This document shows, piece after piece, positions 39,000 through 48,230 of a stretch of 64,000 nucleotides of DNA (the stretch's first letter is position 1; the number at the start of each line of letters is the position of its first letter). Source of the stretch: Spirochaetia bacterium (lineage in GTDB: Bacteria > Spirochaetota > Spirochaetia > CADAEX01); contig CAXXHA010000001.1 of the NCBI GenBank assembly GCA_963662265.2, positions 247,672 through 311,671 of the forward strand, read 5' to 3'. Made by a program: the position numbers and the translations under genes. Below the pieces are notes generated by a model. It was not told the DNA's origin, ran no database searches, and saw only the letters and a list, made by a program, of their open reading frames with translations.

Positions 39000-40081
39000 T
39001 GTTCTTCAACTATTTTTATCATCTGGTCAAGCGCCTTGAGAGCATTGCCTCTGAATTCATCTTTGACAGAAACAGGGTACAGAAGTTCACCTTTTCCCTC
39101 TTCATAAAGCTCTACAGAGTTAAGTGATTCTGCGAGGTTTTTCATTGTTATCTTGCTCATATTGCCGCAGAATGAGGTCCTTATGGGAACAATTGTCATT
39201 TTCCTGAATTCCTCAGCCAGTCTCTCGACAAATTTCGCCTCTGTTGCTATTCCCCAGACAGAACCGGAAGGAGATTCCTTTACAACATTGTAGATTTTCT
39301 GTGTGGAACCGTGCATATCTGCAAGCTTTTCCACAGAAGGATCAACTTCCGGATGAACAATTATTTTCCCGGAAGGATGATTTTTCCTGAAATCAGCAAT
39401 ATCGTTTTTCAGGAATTCCTGATGCACATGGCAGAAACCGTCCCAGAGAAATACCTTGACATCTTCAGGATTACCGTTGAAATCTATTGAAAGATCATTC
39501 CTGATGAGAGCTGTCTCATTTTCCTTAAGCCTGAGTGCATTTGAAATATTGGTTCCGAGATTTGCATCGGGAAAGAAAAATACTCTCTTACCCCTGTCCA
39601 GGTAATATTTAAGAATTTTCTCGGCATTTGAACTTGTACAGACAGCACCTCCGTACTCCCCGCACAGGCTTTTTGAATCTGCATACGAGTTCATGTAAAC
39701 AACAGGTACCGGCTTTTCCCCTGTATATTTTTCCGCTTCAGCAAGGGCCTTTCTTCCCGATTCAATATCTGCCATATCAGCCATAGGGCAGCCTGCTGAA
39801 AGATCGGGAATAAGCACCTTTTTATCAGGTGAAAGAATATCAACCCCCTCAGCCATGAATCTTACTCCGCAAAAGACAACCCATTCAGCATCGCATCGTG
39901 TTGCATCAACTGCAAGTTTGTATGAATCTCCCGAAACATCTGCAAACTGAAAAACGTCAGAACTCACATAATAATGAGCAGGAATCAGGAGTCTTTTCCC
40001 GAACCTTTTTTTAATATCATTGATATAGCTCTTAAGCATATCTTCATTGTAATTGTCGAAATCAATTTTTCCGGCACACAT
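38996..40081 (-). CDS. nadA: Quinolinate synthase
   Basis: AHYY, FCGVRFMAE, AGCPMA, YMNS, CTSSNA, CHVH, HPE and CGNM motifs. Confidence 0.95.
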   Translation of the reverse strand: MCAGKIDFDNYNEDMLKSYINDIKKRFGKRLLIPAHYYVSSDVFQFADVSGDSYKLAVDATRCDAEWVVFCGVRFMAEGVDILSPDKKVLIPDLSAGCPMADMADIESGRKALAEAEKYTGEKPVPVVYMNSYADSKSLCGEYGGAVCTSSNAEKILKYYLDRGKRVFFFPDANLGTNISNALRLKENETALIRNDLSIDFNGNPEDVKVFLWDGFCHVHQEFLKNDIADFRKNHPSGKIIVHPEVDPSVEKLADMHGSTQKIYNVVKESPSGSVWGIATEAKFVERLAEEFRKMTIVPIRTSFCGNMSKITMKNLAESLNSVELYEEGKGELLYPVSVKDEFRGNALKALDQMIKIVEEQ

Positions 40082-40095
40082 CAATAATCCTCCGA

Positions 40096-40983
40096 TTAAC
40101 CTTTCTTAAGGCTGAAATCAAATGCCTTAATAGTATGTGTAAGTTCTCCGAAAGAGATGTAGTCAACACCTGTTTCGGAAACCTCTTTTATTCGTTCAAA
40201 ATTCATATTACCTGAAGCTTCAGTTTCAGATTTTCCGCCAATAAGCTTTACTGCTTCTGCAGTTTCTTCATTGCTCATATTATCAAGCATAATTCTGTCA
40301 GCTCCTGCAGAAAGAGCTTCCCTGACCTCTGCAAGTGTCCTGGCTTCTATTTCAATTTTAACCTTTCCGCCCCATTTTTCTTTAATCCTGCCGGCTGCAG
40401 CTGTTATGCTTCCTGCAGCATCTATATGAGTATCTTTTATCATGGCCATATCATAAAGGCCTGTCCTGTGATTTGATGCGCTGCCGCATTTTACAGCATA
40501 TTTGGAAAGTGACCTGAAGCCTGGAATAGTTTTTCTCGTATCGAGAACAACTACTTTTCCGCCTGCCTGCTGCATGAAAAGGTATGCTTTTGTCGATATT
40601 GCGGAAAGAAGGGAAATAAAGTTGAGAGCGGTCCGCTCCCCTTTAAGTATTGAAACAACTCTGCCGTCGATAGAGGCTATTCTGTCGCCCTTATTAATTC
40701 TGTTTCCGTCGCTGAAATGTTTTACAATCCTGACTGAACTGTCTACAGTATGAAACACCCTGGTAAAGGTATCAATACCGCAGAGAATGCCGGAATCTTT
40801 TGAAAGAAGATAGTAGGATCCTTCTTCATCAGTGAAAACTGCTTCTGATGTTACATCATGTCCGGCACAGTCTTCAGGTGCCTCGGAGGCAGATTTTCCT
40901 GGATCAAAACCGGATAAATAGCGGCTTCCGAAATCCTCTTCAAGCGCCAGTTTAATAAGTAATTCTTCGTTGTCCAGAGGCAT
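40096..40983 (-). CDS. nadC: Quinolinate phosphoribosyltransferase
   Basis: ERTALNF, DTRKT, NHR, IKDTH, IMLDN and EASG motifs. True start is ATG 40983, 7 nt after AAGGAG; the ORF-track extension is translated leader RNA. Confidence 0.95.
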   Translation of the reverse strand: MPLDNEELLIKLALEEDFGSRYLSGFDPGKSASEAPEDCAGHDVTSEAVFTDEEGSYYLLSKDSGILCGIDTFTRVFHTVDSSVRIVKHFSDGNRINKGDRIASIDGRVVSILKGERTALNFISLLSAISTKAYLFMQQAGGKVVVLDTRKTIPGFRSLSKYAVKCGSASNHRTGLYDMAMIKDTHIDAAGSITAAAGRIKEKWGGKVKIEIEARTLAEVREALSAGADRIMLDNMSNEETAEAVKLIGGKSETEASGNMNFERIKEVSETGVDYISFGELTHTIKAFDFSLKKG

Positions 40984-40991
40984 AAACAAAC

Positions 40992-41148
40992 TCCTTGGCA
41001 GATGCCTCAAAACCTTTACAGGTTTTCTCATTCGACATCATGCATACAGGAATCGCTCTTTGGGGATTCCTTGGCAGATGCCTCAAAACCCTGCCGGGTT
41101 TTCTCATTCAGCATCATGCATACAGGAATCGCTCTTTGGGGATTCCTT
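40992..41148 (-). ncRNA. Tandem 2 x 76-nt structured leader upstream of nadC-nadA-nadB (candidate riboswitch)
   Basis: 76-bp period, 70/76 identity, all differences compatible with the predicted stems; fills the 5' UTR between promoter and SD. Confidence 0.7.
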
Positions 41149-41159
41149 AAAGTCAGTCT

Positions 41160-41188
41160 ACTTTAGTCCTTTTGATGGTAATTGTAAA
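41160..41188 (-). promoter_or_regulatory. Probable promoter of nadCAB
   Basis: Minus strand TTTACA (41188-41183), 17 bp, TAAAGT (41165-41160), which places +1 near 41153. Confidence 0.5.
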
Positions 41189-41274
41189 GAGATCAGGATT
41201 TATTAAAAACAAGATGGAAAAAAGCATATAATAATTACATATTCTTATCTCTTATAAAGAAACTATGAGAATTA

Positions 41275-41958
41275 TTAAGATCCTGTATATTCCCCCTGTA
41301 TCATGTGTCTTTTCTTCCCATACCCTTTCTTTCTTTTTATGAAAAAACCAGCCTCCCTGAGTCCTTTCTTGACATCACCCTTTGATGTATATGTGGCTAG
41401 AGTAGTCCCTTTGTGCGACTTATTACCAACAAGGCTGAAAATATCGCTGCTCCACATATCAGGGTTTTTTTCAGGGTCATGGCCGTCAAGAAACCAGACA
41501 TCCCTTTTTTCTCTGATGGAAGGAAGACCGGAAGATGCATCCCCGTAATAATAGGTCAGCCGGATTTTAATTGAGAAGAGTTCAAACTCAAAACTGTTCA
41601 ACCCGGGAGAAACAGAACCGTAGACATCTTTGTAGACATCCATGTATTCTGAAAGGATTGCTTTTTTTTCACAGAAGAGAGGATCAAGTAGTTTTTCAAC
41701 CTGCTCCGGTGTCAGCGGATATTTTTCACAGCTGAAATAATCAAGAATCCCGGAATATCCCCTTATTGTTCTCCCTATATAATCACAGAGAGCAAGAAAA
41801 TTAAGCCCTGTTCCAAATCCGGTTTCACCCGCATATATATCATCGGTTGGAGAAAAACGGTCTATCCTGTTGCCTTCAACAAATACCCAGAGAGATTCCT
41901 CAAGCCCCCCCTCTGTGCTGAAGAAACAGTCATTGTAATAAGGATTAAAGTTATCCAT
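41275..41958 (-). CDS. mnmD: tRNA (mnm5s2U34) methyltransferase MnmD (stand-alone MnmC methyltransferase domain)
   Basis: YNDCFFS, GETGFGTGLNFL, WFLDGHDPEKNPDMWS and GYGKKRHM motifs. Confidence 0.88.
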   Translation of the reverse strand: MDNFNPYYNDCFFSTEGGLEESLWVFVEGNRIDRFSPTDDIYAGETGFGTGLNFLALCDYIGRTIRGYSGILDYFSCEKYPLTPEQVEKLLDPLFCEKKAILSEYMDVYKDVYGSVSPGLNSFEFELFSIKIRLTYYYGDASSGLPSIREKRDVWFLDGHDPEKNPDMWSSDIFSLVGNKSHKGTTLATYTSKGDVKKGLREAGFFIKRKKGYGKKRHMIQGEYTGS

Positions 41959-42060
41959 ATCTATTGATAATATAAGTCAATGATGATGTCTATAACCAGT
42001 GTAAAAAGTATTTCACAGGCATGTTATAAAGGGAGGATTCCCCTGGGGACAAGCATCAAA

Positions 42061-42096
42061 GGAAAAAACTCGCGAAAGCGATTTTTTAGAGGTCCC
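42061..42096 (+). repeat. Partial copy of the MITE-like element right end
   Basis: GGAAAAAACTCGCGAAAGCGATTTTTTAGAGGTCCC resembles 44049-44084. Confidence 0.5.
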
Positions 42097-42209
42097 TATA
42101 AAATCAAACTGAAAAATTTCACCCGGATAAAGCATTGTTTTCAGCGGAATAATGCCAGAATATTCAAATGTGTAAGATAAGAATAATAAACAGCCATCAG
42201 AATAACAGA

Positions 42210-42239
42210 CAGCAGCCCTGACAGGAAACAGGGCTGCTG
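42210..42239 (-). terminator. Hairpin downstream of the Na/Pi cotransporter gene
   Basis: CAGCAGCCCTG-acaggaaa-CAGGGCTGCTG. Confidence 0.6.
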
Positions 42240-42258
42240 AAAAGAGTATTATTTACGG

Positions 42259-43944
42259 TTACGCAGAATGATATGCCGGATCTATGACAGAAACAGCAAG
42301 ATTGTCTGCATGATCACCAACCCTTTCAAGATTTCTGATAATATCGAGAAAAACAATGCCTGAAGAGGGTTTGCATCTGCCTTCATCAAGCCGGTTGATA
42401 TGCTCCTTTCTCAGTTTTTTCTCCATATTGTCAAGCAGCGGTTCCTGCTTCATAACAAGCTCTGCAATATCCCTGGAATCACTTTCAATAGCAGAGAGAG
42501 AATCCTTCACCATTTTAATTGAAAACAACCCCATCTCCTCAAGCTCCCTTACAGCATCTTCTGAAAAACAAAGCCTGTTATCAATACTGAAATCAGAAAG
42601 TTCAGCAATATTCTCGGCATGATCGCTGATCCGTTCAATATCCTTGATAATACTGAAATAATTATCAATTGTTTCCCTGTCTTCAATTGAAATCTGCATA
42701 TTTGACAGCCGCACAAGATAGTCAGTAATAGCATTTTTCATTTTGTCTGCAGATTTTTCAAGCCTGAAAACCTCATCGCTGAAAGAGGAATCAAGAGAAA
42801 TAAACCCTTTTATTGATTTCTCAAGAGAACTGAAAGCAACCTCGCCCATATGAAGGACCTCTTTCTTGACCTGGGAAAGTGCAACAGGAGGTGTAACAAG
42901 AAACCTGTCATCAAGATATTTTACAGCTATGGCCTCTTTTTCATTCTCAGTTACAGGAATAATTTTTGTAACAATAAAAACCAGTGCAGAAATAAAGGGA
43001 AGCATCAGCAGAGTATTGAAAACATTAAAAAGGAAATGGGCAGCAGCAAGTTGAGTAGCCTCAACAGAGGTAATATTCATCATCCTCATGAAAGTGTCAA
43101 TAAAAACAGAAAGCTCTTTTACTGTGTATATTATCACTCTTGAAAAGAAAAGTGCAAAAACGACGGCCCCGATTACATTGAACAGCAGATGAATGAGTGC
43201 TGCCCTTTTAGCTGTACGGCTTGCCCCCAAGCTTGAAAGCATGGCAGTCACGCATGTTCCGATATTTGTCCCGAGAAGGACAGGAAACGCAGCCTCTATA
43301 GGGAGAAGGCCCTGTGTTGCAAGTGCAATCATAATCCCTGTAGTCGCACTTGAAGACTGTATAACTGCTGTAACAGCAAATCCTGCAAACATGGCAGCAG
43401 CAGTATCTGTAAATGAACCGCTTCCGAACTCTGACAGTATTGTCACCAGCCCTTCCCATTCCCTGAGCGGTTTTACTGCATGCTTCATGGAAGCCATACC
43501 TGTGAAAAGAATACCGAAACCGATCAGAATCTGGGCATATCTTCTGCTTTTCTCCTTCTTGCATGCCAGCATAATCAACATACCTGAACCTATTGCCAGG
43601 GGAGCAAGTTTTGCAAGGTTCAGAGAAACAAGTATTGCAGTGACAGTCGTACCTATATTTGCTCCCATAATAATGCCTGCAGACTGTGCAAGGTTCATGA
43701 TACCGGCATTAACAAAACCGACAACCATTACAGTTGTAGCACTTGAACTCTGTATTATGGCAGTAACAGCCGCCCCGACAAAAACTGCAATAAACCGGTT
43801 TTTAGTAAGGATTTCTATGATATTTCTCATTTTATTACCAGCTGCATTTTCAAGCCCTTCCGCCATCACATGCATACCGTAGATAAAAAGCCCGAGACCT
43901 CCGAAAATTTTTACCGCTGTTTCAAGCGCAATAAAATCAGTCAC
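42259..43944 (-). CDS. Na+/phosphate cotransporter family protein with PhoU-like C-terminal domains
   Basis: Two QSSSATT repeats, GANIGTT/GTNIGTC and two ERxxDHAxN motifs; GTG start after AGGAG. Confidence 0.93.
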   Translation of the reverse strand: MTDFIALETAVKIFGGLGLFIYGMHVMAEGLENAAGNKMRNIIEILTKNRFIAVFVGAAVTAIIQSSSATTVMVVGFVNAGIMNLAQSAGIIMGANIGTTVTAILVSLNLAKLAPLAIGSGMLIMLACKKEKSRRYAQILIGFGILFTGMASMKHAVKPLREWEGLVTILSEFGSGSFTDTAAAMFAGFAVTAVIQSSSATTGIMIALATQGLLPIEAAFPVLLGTNIGTCVTAMLSSLGASRTAKRAALIHLLFNVIGAVVFALFFSRVIIYTVKELSVFIDTFMRMMNITSVEATQLAAAHFLFNVFNTLLMLPFISALVFIVTKIIPVTENEKEAIAVKYLDDRFLVTPPVALSQVKKEVLHMGEVAFSSLEKSIKGFISLDSSFSDEVFRLEKSADKMKNAITDYLVRLSNMQISIEDRETIDNYFSIIKDIERISDHAENIAELSDFSIDNRLCFSEDAVRELEEMGLFSIKMVKDSLSAIESDSRDIAELVMKQEPLLDNMEKKLRKEHINRLDEGRCKPSSGIVFLDIIRNLERVGDHADNLAVSVIDPAYHSA

Positions 43945-43969
43945 TTAATCACCACTCCTGTAAATACAA

Positions 43970-44084
43970 GGGAATCTCTAAAAACATATTTTTTTTCTTA
44001 TAGATTCGCTTGAGGGAAAACATCCAGGCCACTTGTCCCGGCTTACCGGGAAAAAACACGCAAATGCGAGTTTTAGAGGTACCC
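43970..44084. mobile_element. Putative 115-bp MITE / IS-end remnant
   Basis: Imperfect terminal inverted repeats GGGAATCTCTAAAA and TTTTAGAGGTACCC, no ORF, second partial copy at 42061. Confidence 0.45.
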
Positions 44085-44445
44085 ATAAATAATATTAAAA
44101 CCAGATAATAAAAAAAGCTTATGAATTCCCTGATATTTAAATCAAAAGATTTCAGCTGTCACGGAATTTTCCTGATTATCCGTGATTGAATTTTCAGATT
44201 CTGTATAAAAATTATTTGTTAGCCCAGTATTCAGATTCTGTTAGTTCTTATTTAAATTTAACAAATAACTGAAACAGCCTCATCGTTTTACAAGATTTAA
44301 TAATCGGCTGAAGAATTTTCGTCACAAACAGATTAAATTCTGTTCTGATAATTTTACAGATATCCGGTATACAGCTTCGGGAAATTTTAAATGATTGGAT
44401 TTTACACCAATTATTATTTAGACTTTATAATATCAGGAGGGGTAA

Positions 44446-45459
44446 ATGGATAAAATAGATATTGTTATTCTTGCCGGAGACAGAAGAGCAAGTCTTCTTA
44501 TTGACGATGATAACAAGGCATTTGTTTCAGTAAACAATAAGCCATCTATTGTCCACACATTGAAATCATTTCTCTCTGCAGAACATACAGGAAACATTGT
44601 GATCGCAGGCCCTAAAACCCGTCTTGAAAAAACCCTGACAGAACATAATCTCTTTCCAGACAGAAGGATCAAAATTATAGAGCAGAAGGAAAGCCTGATA
44701 GAAAACGGGGAAGCGGGATATATAGAAGCCCTTAAATTCAATGATTCTGATCAGAATCATGAAAATACAGATAGTGTTTCTGACAAACATATAAATCTGA
44801 ACTACCTTGACAGGGAAAAGTATAAAGAGAAAGCGATACTGATAAGCTCCTGTGATATACCTGTAATAACATCGCATGAAATTGATGAGTTTATATTAAA
44901 TGCAGACCTTTCAAAATATGATTACATAATAGGTTTATGCGGAGAGGAATCACTTAAATACTACTACCCTAATAACACATTTCCCGGGATGATACTTAAT
45001 TATTTCCATCTGAAAGAGGGGAACTACAGGGTCAACAACATGAATATAGTCAAGCCGCTTAAAATTGAACGGCTTGATTATATAGAAAAAATGTATGAAG
45101 TACGTTACCAGAAAAAATTTTTCAACATGATTAAACTGCTTATAAGCATAATGTTCAGCGGACGCGGTGTCCTCAGGGCTTTTTTCAAGGCGCTGAAACT
45201 TCATCTTGCTCTCTACTGTTATGACAGGGGATATGAAAAATTCTATCCGAGGTTCAAGGAATCGGTAAGCATTGAAAAAATATTCAGAAGTATAGGAAAA
45301 ATCCTCGGAACAAGAGCGTCATATATTATTACAAGTTACGGAGGCGCGGCGCTTGATATTGATCATCCAGAAGACAGGGATGTTATTGAAGAAATGTATG
45401 AAAGCTGGGTCAGCCACCAGAAAGAACTGCATAATATTATTTCAAAAAATCATATTTAA
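44446..45459 (+). CDS. MobA-like NTP-transferase family protein
   Basis: IVILAG...NKAF, SCDIP and DIDHPED motifs; AGGAGG RBS. Confidence 0.75.
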   Translation: MDKIDIVILAGDRRASLLIDDDNKAFVSVNNKPSIVHTLKSFLSAEHTGNIVIAGPKTRLEKTLTEHNLFPDRRIKIIEQKESLIENGEAGYIEALKFNDSDQNHENTDSVSDKHINLNYLDREKYKEKAILISSCDIPVITSHEIDEFILNADLSKYDYIIGLCGEESLKYYYPNNTFPGMILNYFHLKEGNYRVNNMNIVKPLKIERLDYIEKMYEVRYQKKFFNMIKLLISIMFSGRGVLRAFFKALKLHLALYCYDRGYEKFYPRFKESVSIEKIFRSIGKILGTRASYIITSYGGAALDIDHPEDRDVIEEMYESWVSHQKELHNIISKNHI

Positions 45460-45470
45460 GGTATAAGCTT

Positions 45471-46532
45471 CTATTTTTCAAATGGATGGAACTTGTGGTA
45501 GAAACTGCCGGGAACCAGAAAATCCATTGCCCGGGGCAGTATTGATATTTTAATCCTGTCAGTATCTTCTGTATTATATAACTCACCATCAACATGAAAA
45601 TCGCATCCCCTTCCTGTCTTTATAACAACCTCTTTAACCTCATAGCGTTCTATAAGCGGCTTTCTGTTTTTTACAAGCCTCCCGTTAATCCGGTTATGCC
45701 AGCCGTTCCACAGCGACATGAAATTTACAACAACAGACATGTGATTTGTAAACTGGAAAAGATAAGCATCCATGTTGCCGTCATTGCAGACAACATCAGG
45801 GCAGATCCTGAAAAGCTTTCCGTAATAGGGCCGTGTCCCTATTTCAATCATTGCAGAACGTGTTTTCCTGTTAAGTGTTCTGAAAGGATATTCAGCATTA
45901 ATCTTGATCCCTTTAAGTGCATACTTGCCTCTTTTGAAGGTTATTTCTGTCTCTTTCACCTTGCTGAAATCAAAATCCCTGTAAAGCTTCATTCCGGCAA
46001 GGAGATATGTCTTTATGCCGGGTTTAACTGTGTTGAGTTTTTCCTTGAAGTAGAAAAGTTTTCTTATTTTAAGGACCTGAACATCAACTCCCAGACCAAG
46101 TAGCTGGCCATAGATTATTTTTTTCCCAGCCGTAATCTTCAATAGATCAACAGATTCAAGATAATTGTTCCTGACACTGTCTATATATGAATCAATCTGA
46201 TTTGAAAGAAGAAAAGGGATCTCATAGGAATCCTGAATGCCGTTTCCTGTTCCGCCCCTCAGAAAACCGAGCGATTTACCGCTGTGCTGGTTCTCCATCA
46301 TGGAATTGAATGCCTCATGAACCGTTCCGTCCCCTCCCCATATGACAATATACCTTGAATCAGATTCACAGAATTTCCTGACCTCATTCTTGAGATCATT
46401 CCTGCTTTCCGCTTCAATTATCTTCGCAGAAGTCTTTCTCTTCAAAAGCTTCTTGAGAACCCTTATGGAAGAGGGATGCCTTGTGGGATTAATCAGAAAT
46501 GTGCATTTATCCATTGGATTAACTGAAATCAT
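45471..46532 (-). CDS. Diacylglycerol/lipid kinase family protein
   Basis: INP, GGDGTVHE, GGTGN and HVDGE motifs. Confidence 0.85.
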   Translation of the reverse strand: MISVNPMDKCTFLINPTRHPSSIRVLKKLLKRKTSAKIIEAESRNDLKNEVRKFCESDSRYIVIWGGDGTVHEAFNSMMENQHSGKSLGFLRGGTGNGIQDSYEIPFLLSNQIDSYIDSVRNNYLESVDLLKITAGKKIIYGQLLGLGVDVQVLKIRKLFYFKEKLNTVKPGIKTYLLAGMKLYRDFDFSKVKETEITFKRGKYALKGIKINAEYPFRTLNRKTRSAMIEIGTRPYYGKLFRICPDVVCNDGNMDAYLFQFTNHMSVVVNFMSLWNGWHNRINGRLVKNRKPLIERYEVKEVVIKTGRGCDFHVDGELYNTEDTDRIKISILPRAMDFLVPGSFYHKFHPFEK

Positions 46533-46732
46533 CCTATAATTAATACTAATACAGGAAGTTGTGATTTAGAAAGCTTTTAATTGATTTTTAACAATATCAC
46601 TTTAATTGGGGGGCCTGAATTCCCTGTTGAAATAAACATATCTTCAATATAAACTATTCTTATAACAAACAGATAAAGTCTAATCGTTCAGTCAAATTAT
46701 ATTATATGGATAAAATATCGGGGAGAATATAA

Positions 46733-47179
46733 ATGAATATTAAGCTTGTTCCAGTAATGCTCTTAATCCTTACTGCTTTCTTTATTCAATGCAGCAATTC
46801 AGATTCCGGCAGCGATGGTCCGGATCCTGCAGAAGAATTGTATGGAAAGACATGGCAGTCAAACTGCACAACACAGGGTGTTGATCCCGGAAAATCCCAG
46901 AGGATAGACATGACATTTTCTTCAGGCGGAGGATTCACAAGAGTTGAAGAGATAAGCAGTGATGATGCCTGCTCTGCACTTGAATCTACTACCAATATAG
47001 ATAAAAGCTTTACATGGGTTGAGAAAACTGCTGATCCCGAGATAAAAAAGCTTACATATACAGATGAAAGTGATTCGACTGTATATGCACTCTACAAGAT
47101 AGAAGGCAGCACTCTGAAATTTGCAGAGAGTGATTCAGCCTACCCGGCAGACCTTACAACTGCTATTGACTTCAACTGA
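46733..47179 (+). CDS. Hypothetical lipoprotein
   Basis: Signal peptide ending FIQC, Ser/Asp linker, LYGKTWQSNC; GGGGAG RBS. Confidence 0.7.
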   Translation: MNIKLVPVMLLILTAFFIQCSNSDSGSDGPDPAEELYGKTWQSNCTTQGVDPGKSQRIDMTFSSGGGFTRVEEISSDDACSALESTTNIDKSFTWVEKTADPEIKKLTYTDESDSTVYALYKIEGSTLKFAESDSAYPADLTTAIDFN

Positions 47180-47217
47180 TTGTGAAGCACAGACAAGTTA
47201 TCAGCATATAATTCAAG

Positions 47218-47964
47218 CTATTCCCTTATACTGAATTTCCATGCGCAGTAGCAGTCGTCAGGATGGCTGTCAGGGGGGCAGAAAAGGCATTCAGTTTCTA
47301 TCCGGCTGTCTATGGCTTTCGCAAAATAGGGATATTCAACCATGCCTCCTGATCTGCAGGGGTAATCATCAAGTTTTTTCCTCTTTCTTGCCTCCTGCAC
47401 CCTGCACCTGTTCATCCTGAAGATAAAACTGTCTTCTTTTTCATTACTGAATGACTGCTCGTTTACAAAAGAGTAGAGCCTGAAATTAAGTGCTCTTTTA
47501 AGCCCCATAAGTCCCGGATTGTCAGAAAGTCCCAGAAACCTTTTAACAGAAGCAGCTTCCACAGGTGAAAACTGGCCCCAGCATGAATCATTGCATCTTT
47601 TTGCGTCTGTCATTCCGTTTTCAAATTCTACAGCCTGAAACCATACACCGTCATTTGCAAGCCAGTTTACGGAAATATTACGGAGCAGTTCATCAAGTGA
47701 GGAATCATCCATATCAATGAGAGATTTTGGAATACTGTCTTCAAGTTCGAAATCAAACTGACCGGCAAATCTCTTCATCATAATCCCCATGCTTCTTTCA
47801 GAGGATTTCCACAGAAGAGACAGGGCCGTATCCATTCCCATCTGATGCTTTATCTCATCAAACCAGAGCACATGATGCATAATCATCCTGTGAAAGAGAT
47901 CTATGACAAGTTCAGCCTTTTCTTTTTTAGAAAGTTCAGAAGGAGAGTTTTTATCTGTTTTCAT
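47218..47964 (-). CDS. DUF6125-like protein (4-vinyl-reductase/hydrocarbon-binding-like fold)
   Basis: DGVWFQAVE, CRVQEAR...YPC and CLFCPPD..CYCAWKF motifs. Confidence 0.65.
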   Translation of the reverse strand: MKTDKNSPSELSKKEKAELVIDLFHRMIMHHVLWFDEIKHQMGMDTALSLLWKSSERSMGIMMKRFAGQFDFELEDSIPKSLIDMDDSSLDELLRNISVNWLANDGVWFQAVEFENGMTDAKRCNDSCWGQFSPVEAASVKRFLGLSDNPGLMGLKRALNFRLYSFVNEQSFSNEKEDSFIFRMNRCRVQEARKRKKLDDYPCRSGGMVEYPYFAKAIDSRIETECLFCPPDSHPDDCYCAWKFSIRE

Positions 47965-48230
47965 ATTTCCATACCCCGGTACAATGCAGAATGAGTTTTA
48001 TCCAAAAACTTCTTCTATTATAGATTAATTACGGCTGTCAGGACAAATCATTCTTACACTTAAAATTGTGCGGCTATATGGTTCTCCAGCCTGGAGAGTA
48101 ATAAACAAATATCCAGGGCATCAGAAACATCCTGTTTCTGATTTGTGAAGTGCAAAAAGAATAATGAATTACAGCTGAGATATAATATTCATTATTGTCA
48201 GAAAAGCTTCAGCAGTGTTATGATTCTGCC

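Noticed and set aside
40984-41031. N-terminal extension of NadC in the ORF track (MRKPVKVLRHLPRSLF)
   Set aside because: It translates the RNA repeat; a strong SD precedes ATG 40983.
40992-41148. nad leader repeat as a CRISPR array or simple assembly duplication
   Set aside because: The units are 76 bp, directly adjacent with no spacers, and no cas genes are nearby. Six structure-compatible differences argue against an assembly artefact.
43193-43882. Long antisense ORFs (also 23484-24035, 31966-32556, 32624-33244, 50661-51182, 59243-59782)
   Set aside because: They are shadows of well-supported genes on the opposite strand, with no RBS or recognisable motifs.
44090-44440. Long intergenic region upstream of the Na/Pi transporter with TTCAGATTCTGT twice; possible Pho box or sRNA
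   Set aside because: The spacing does not fit a Pho box and no convincing RNA structure is apparent.
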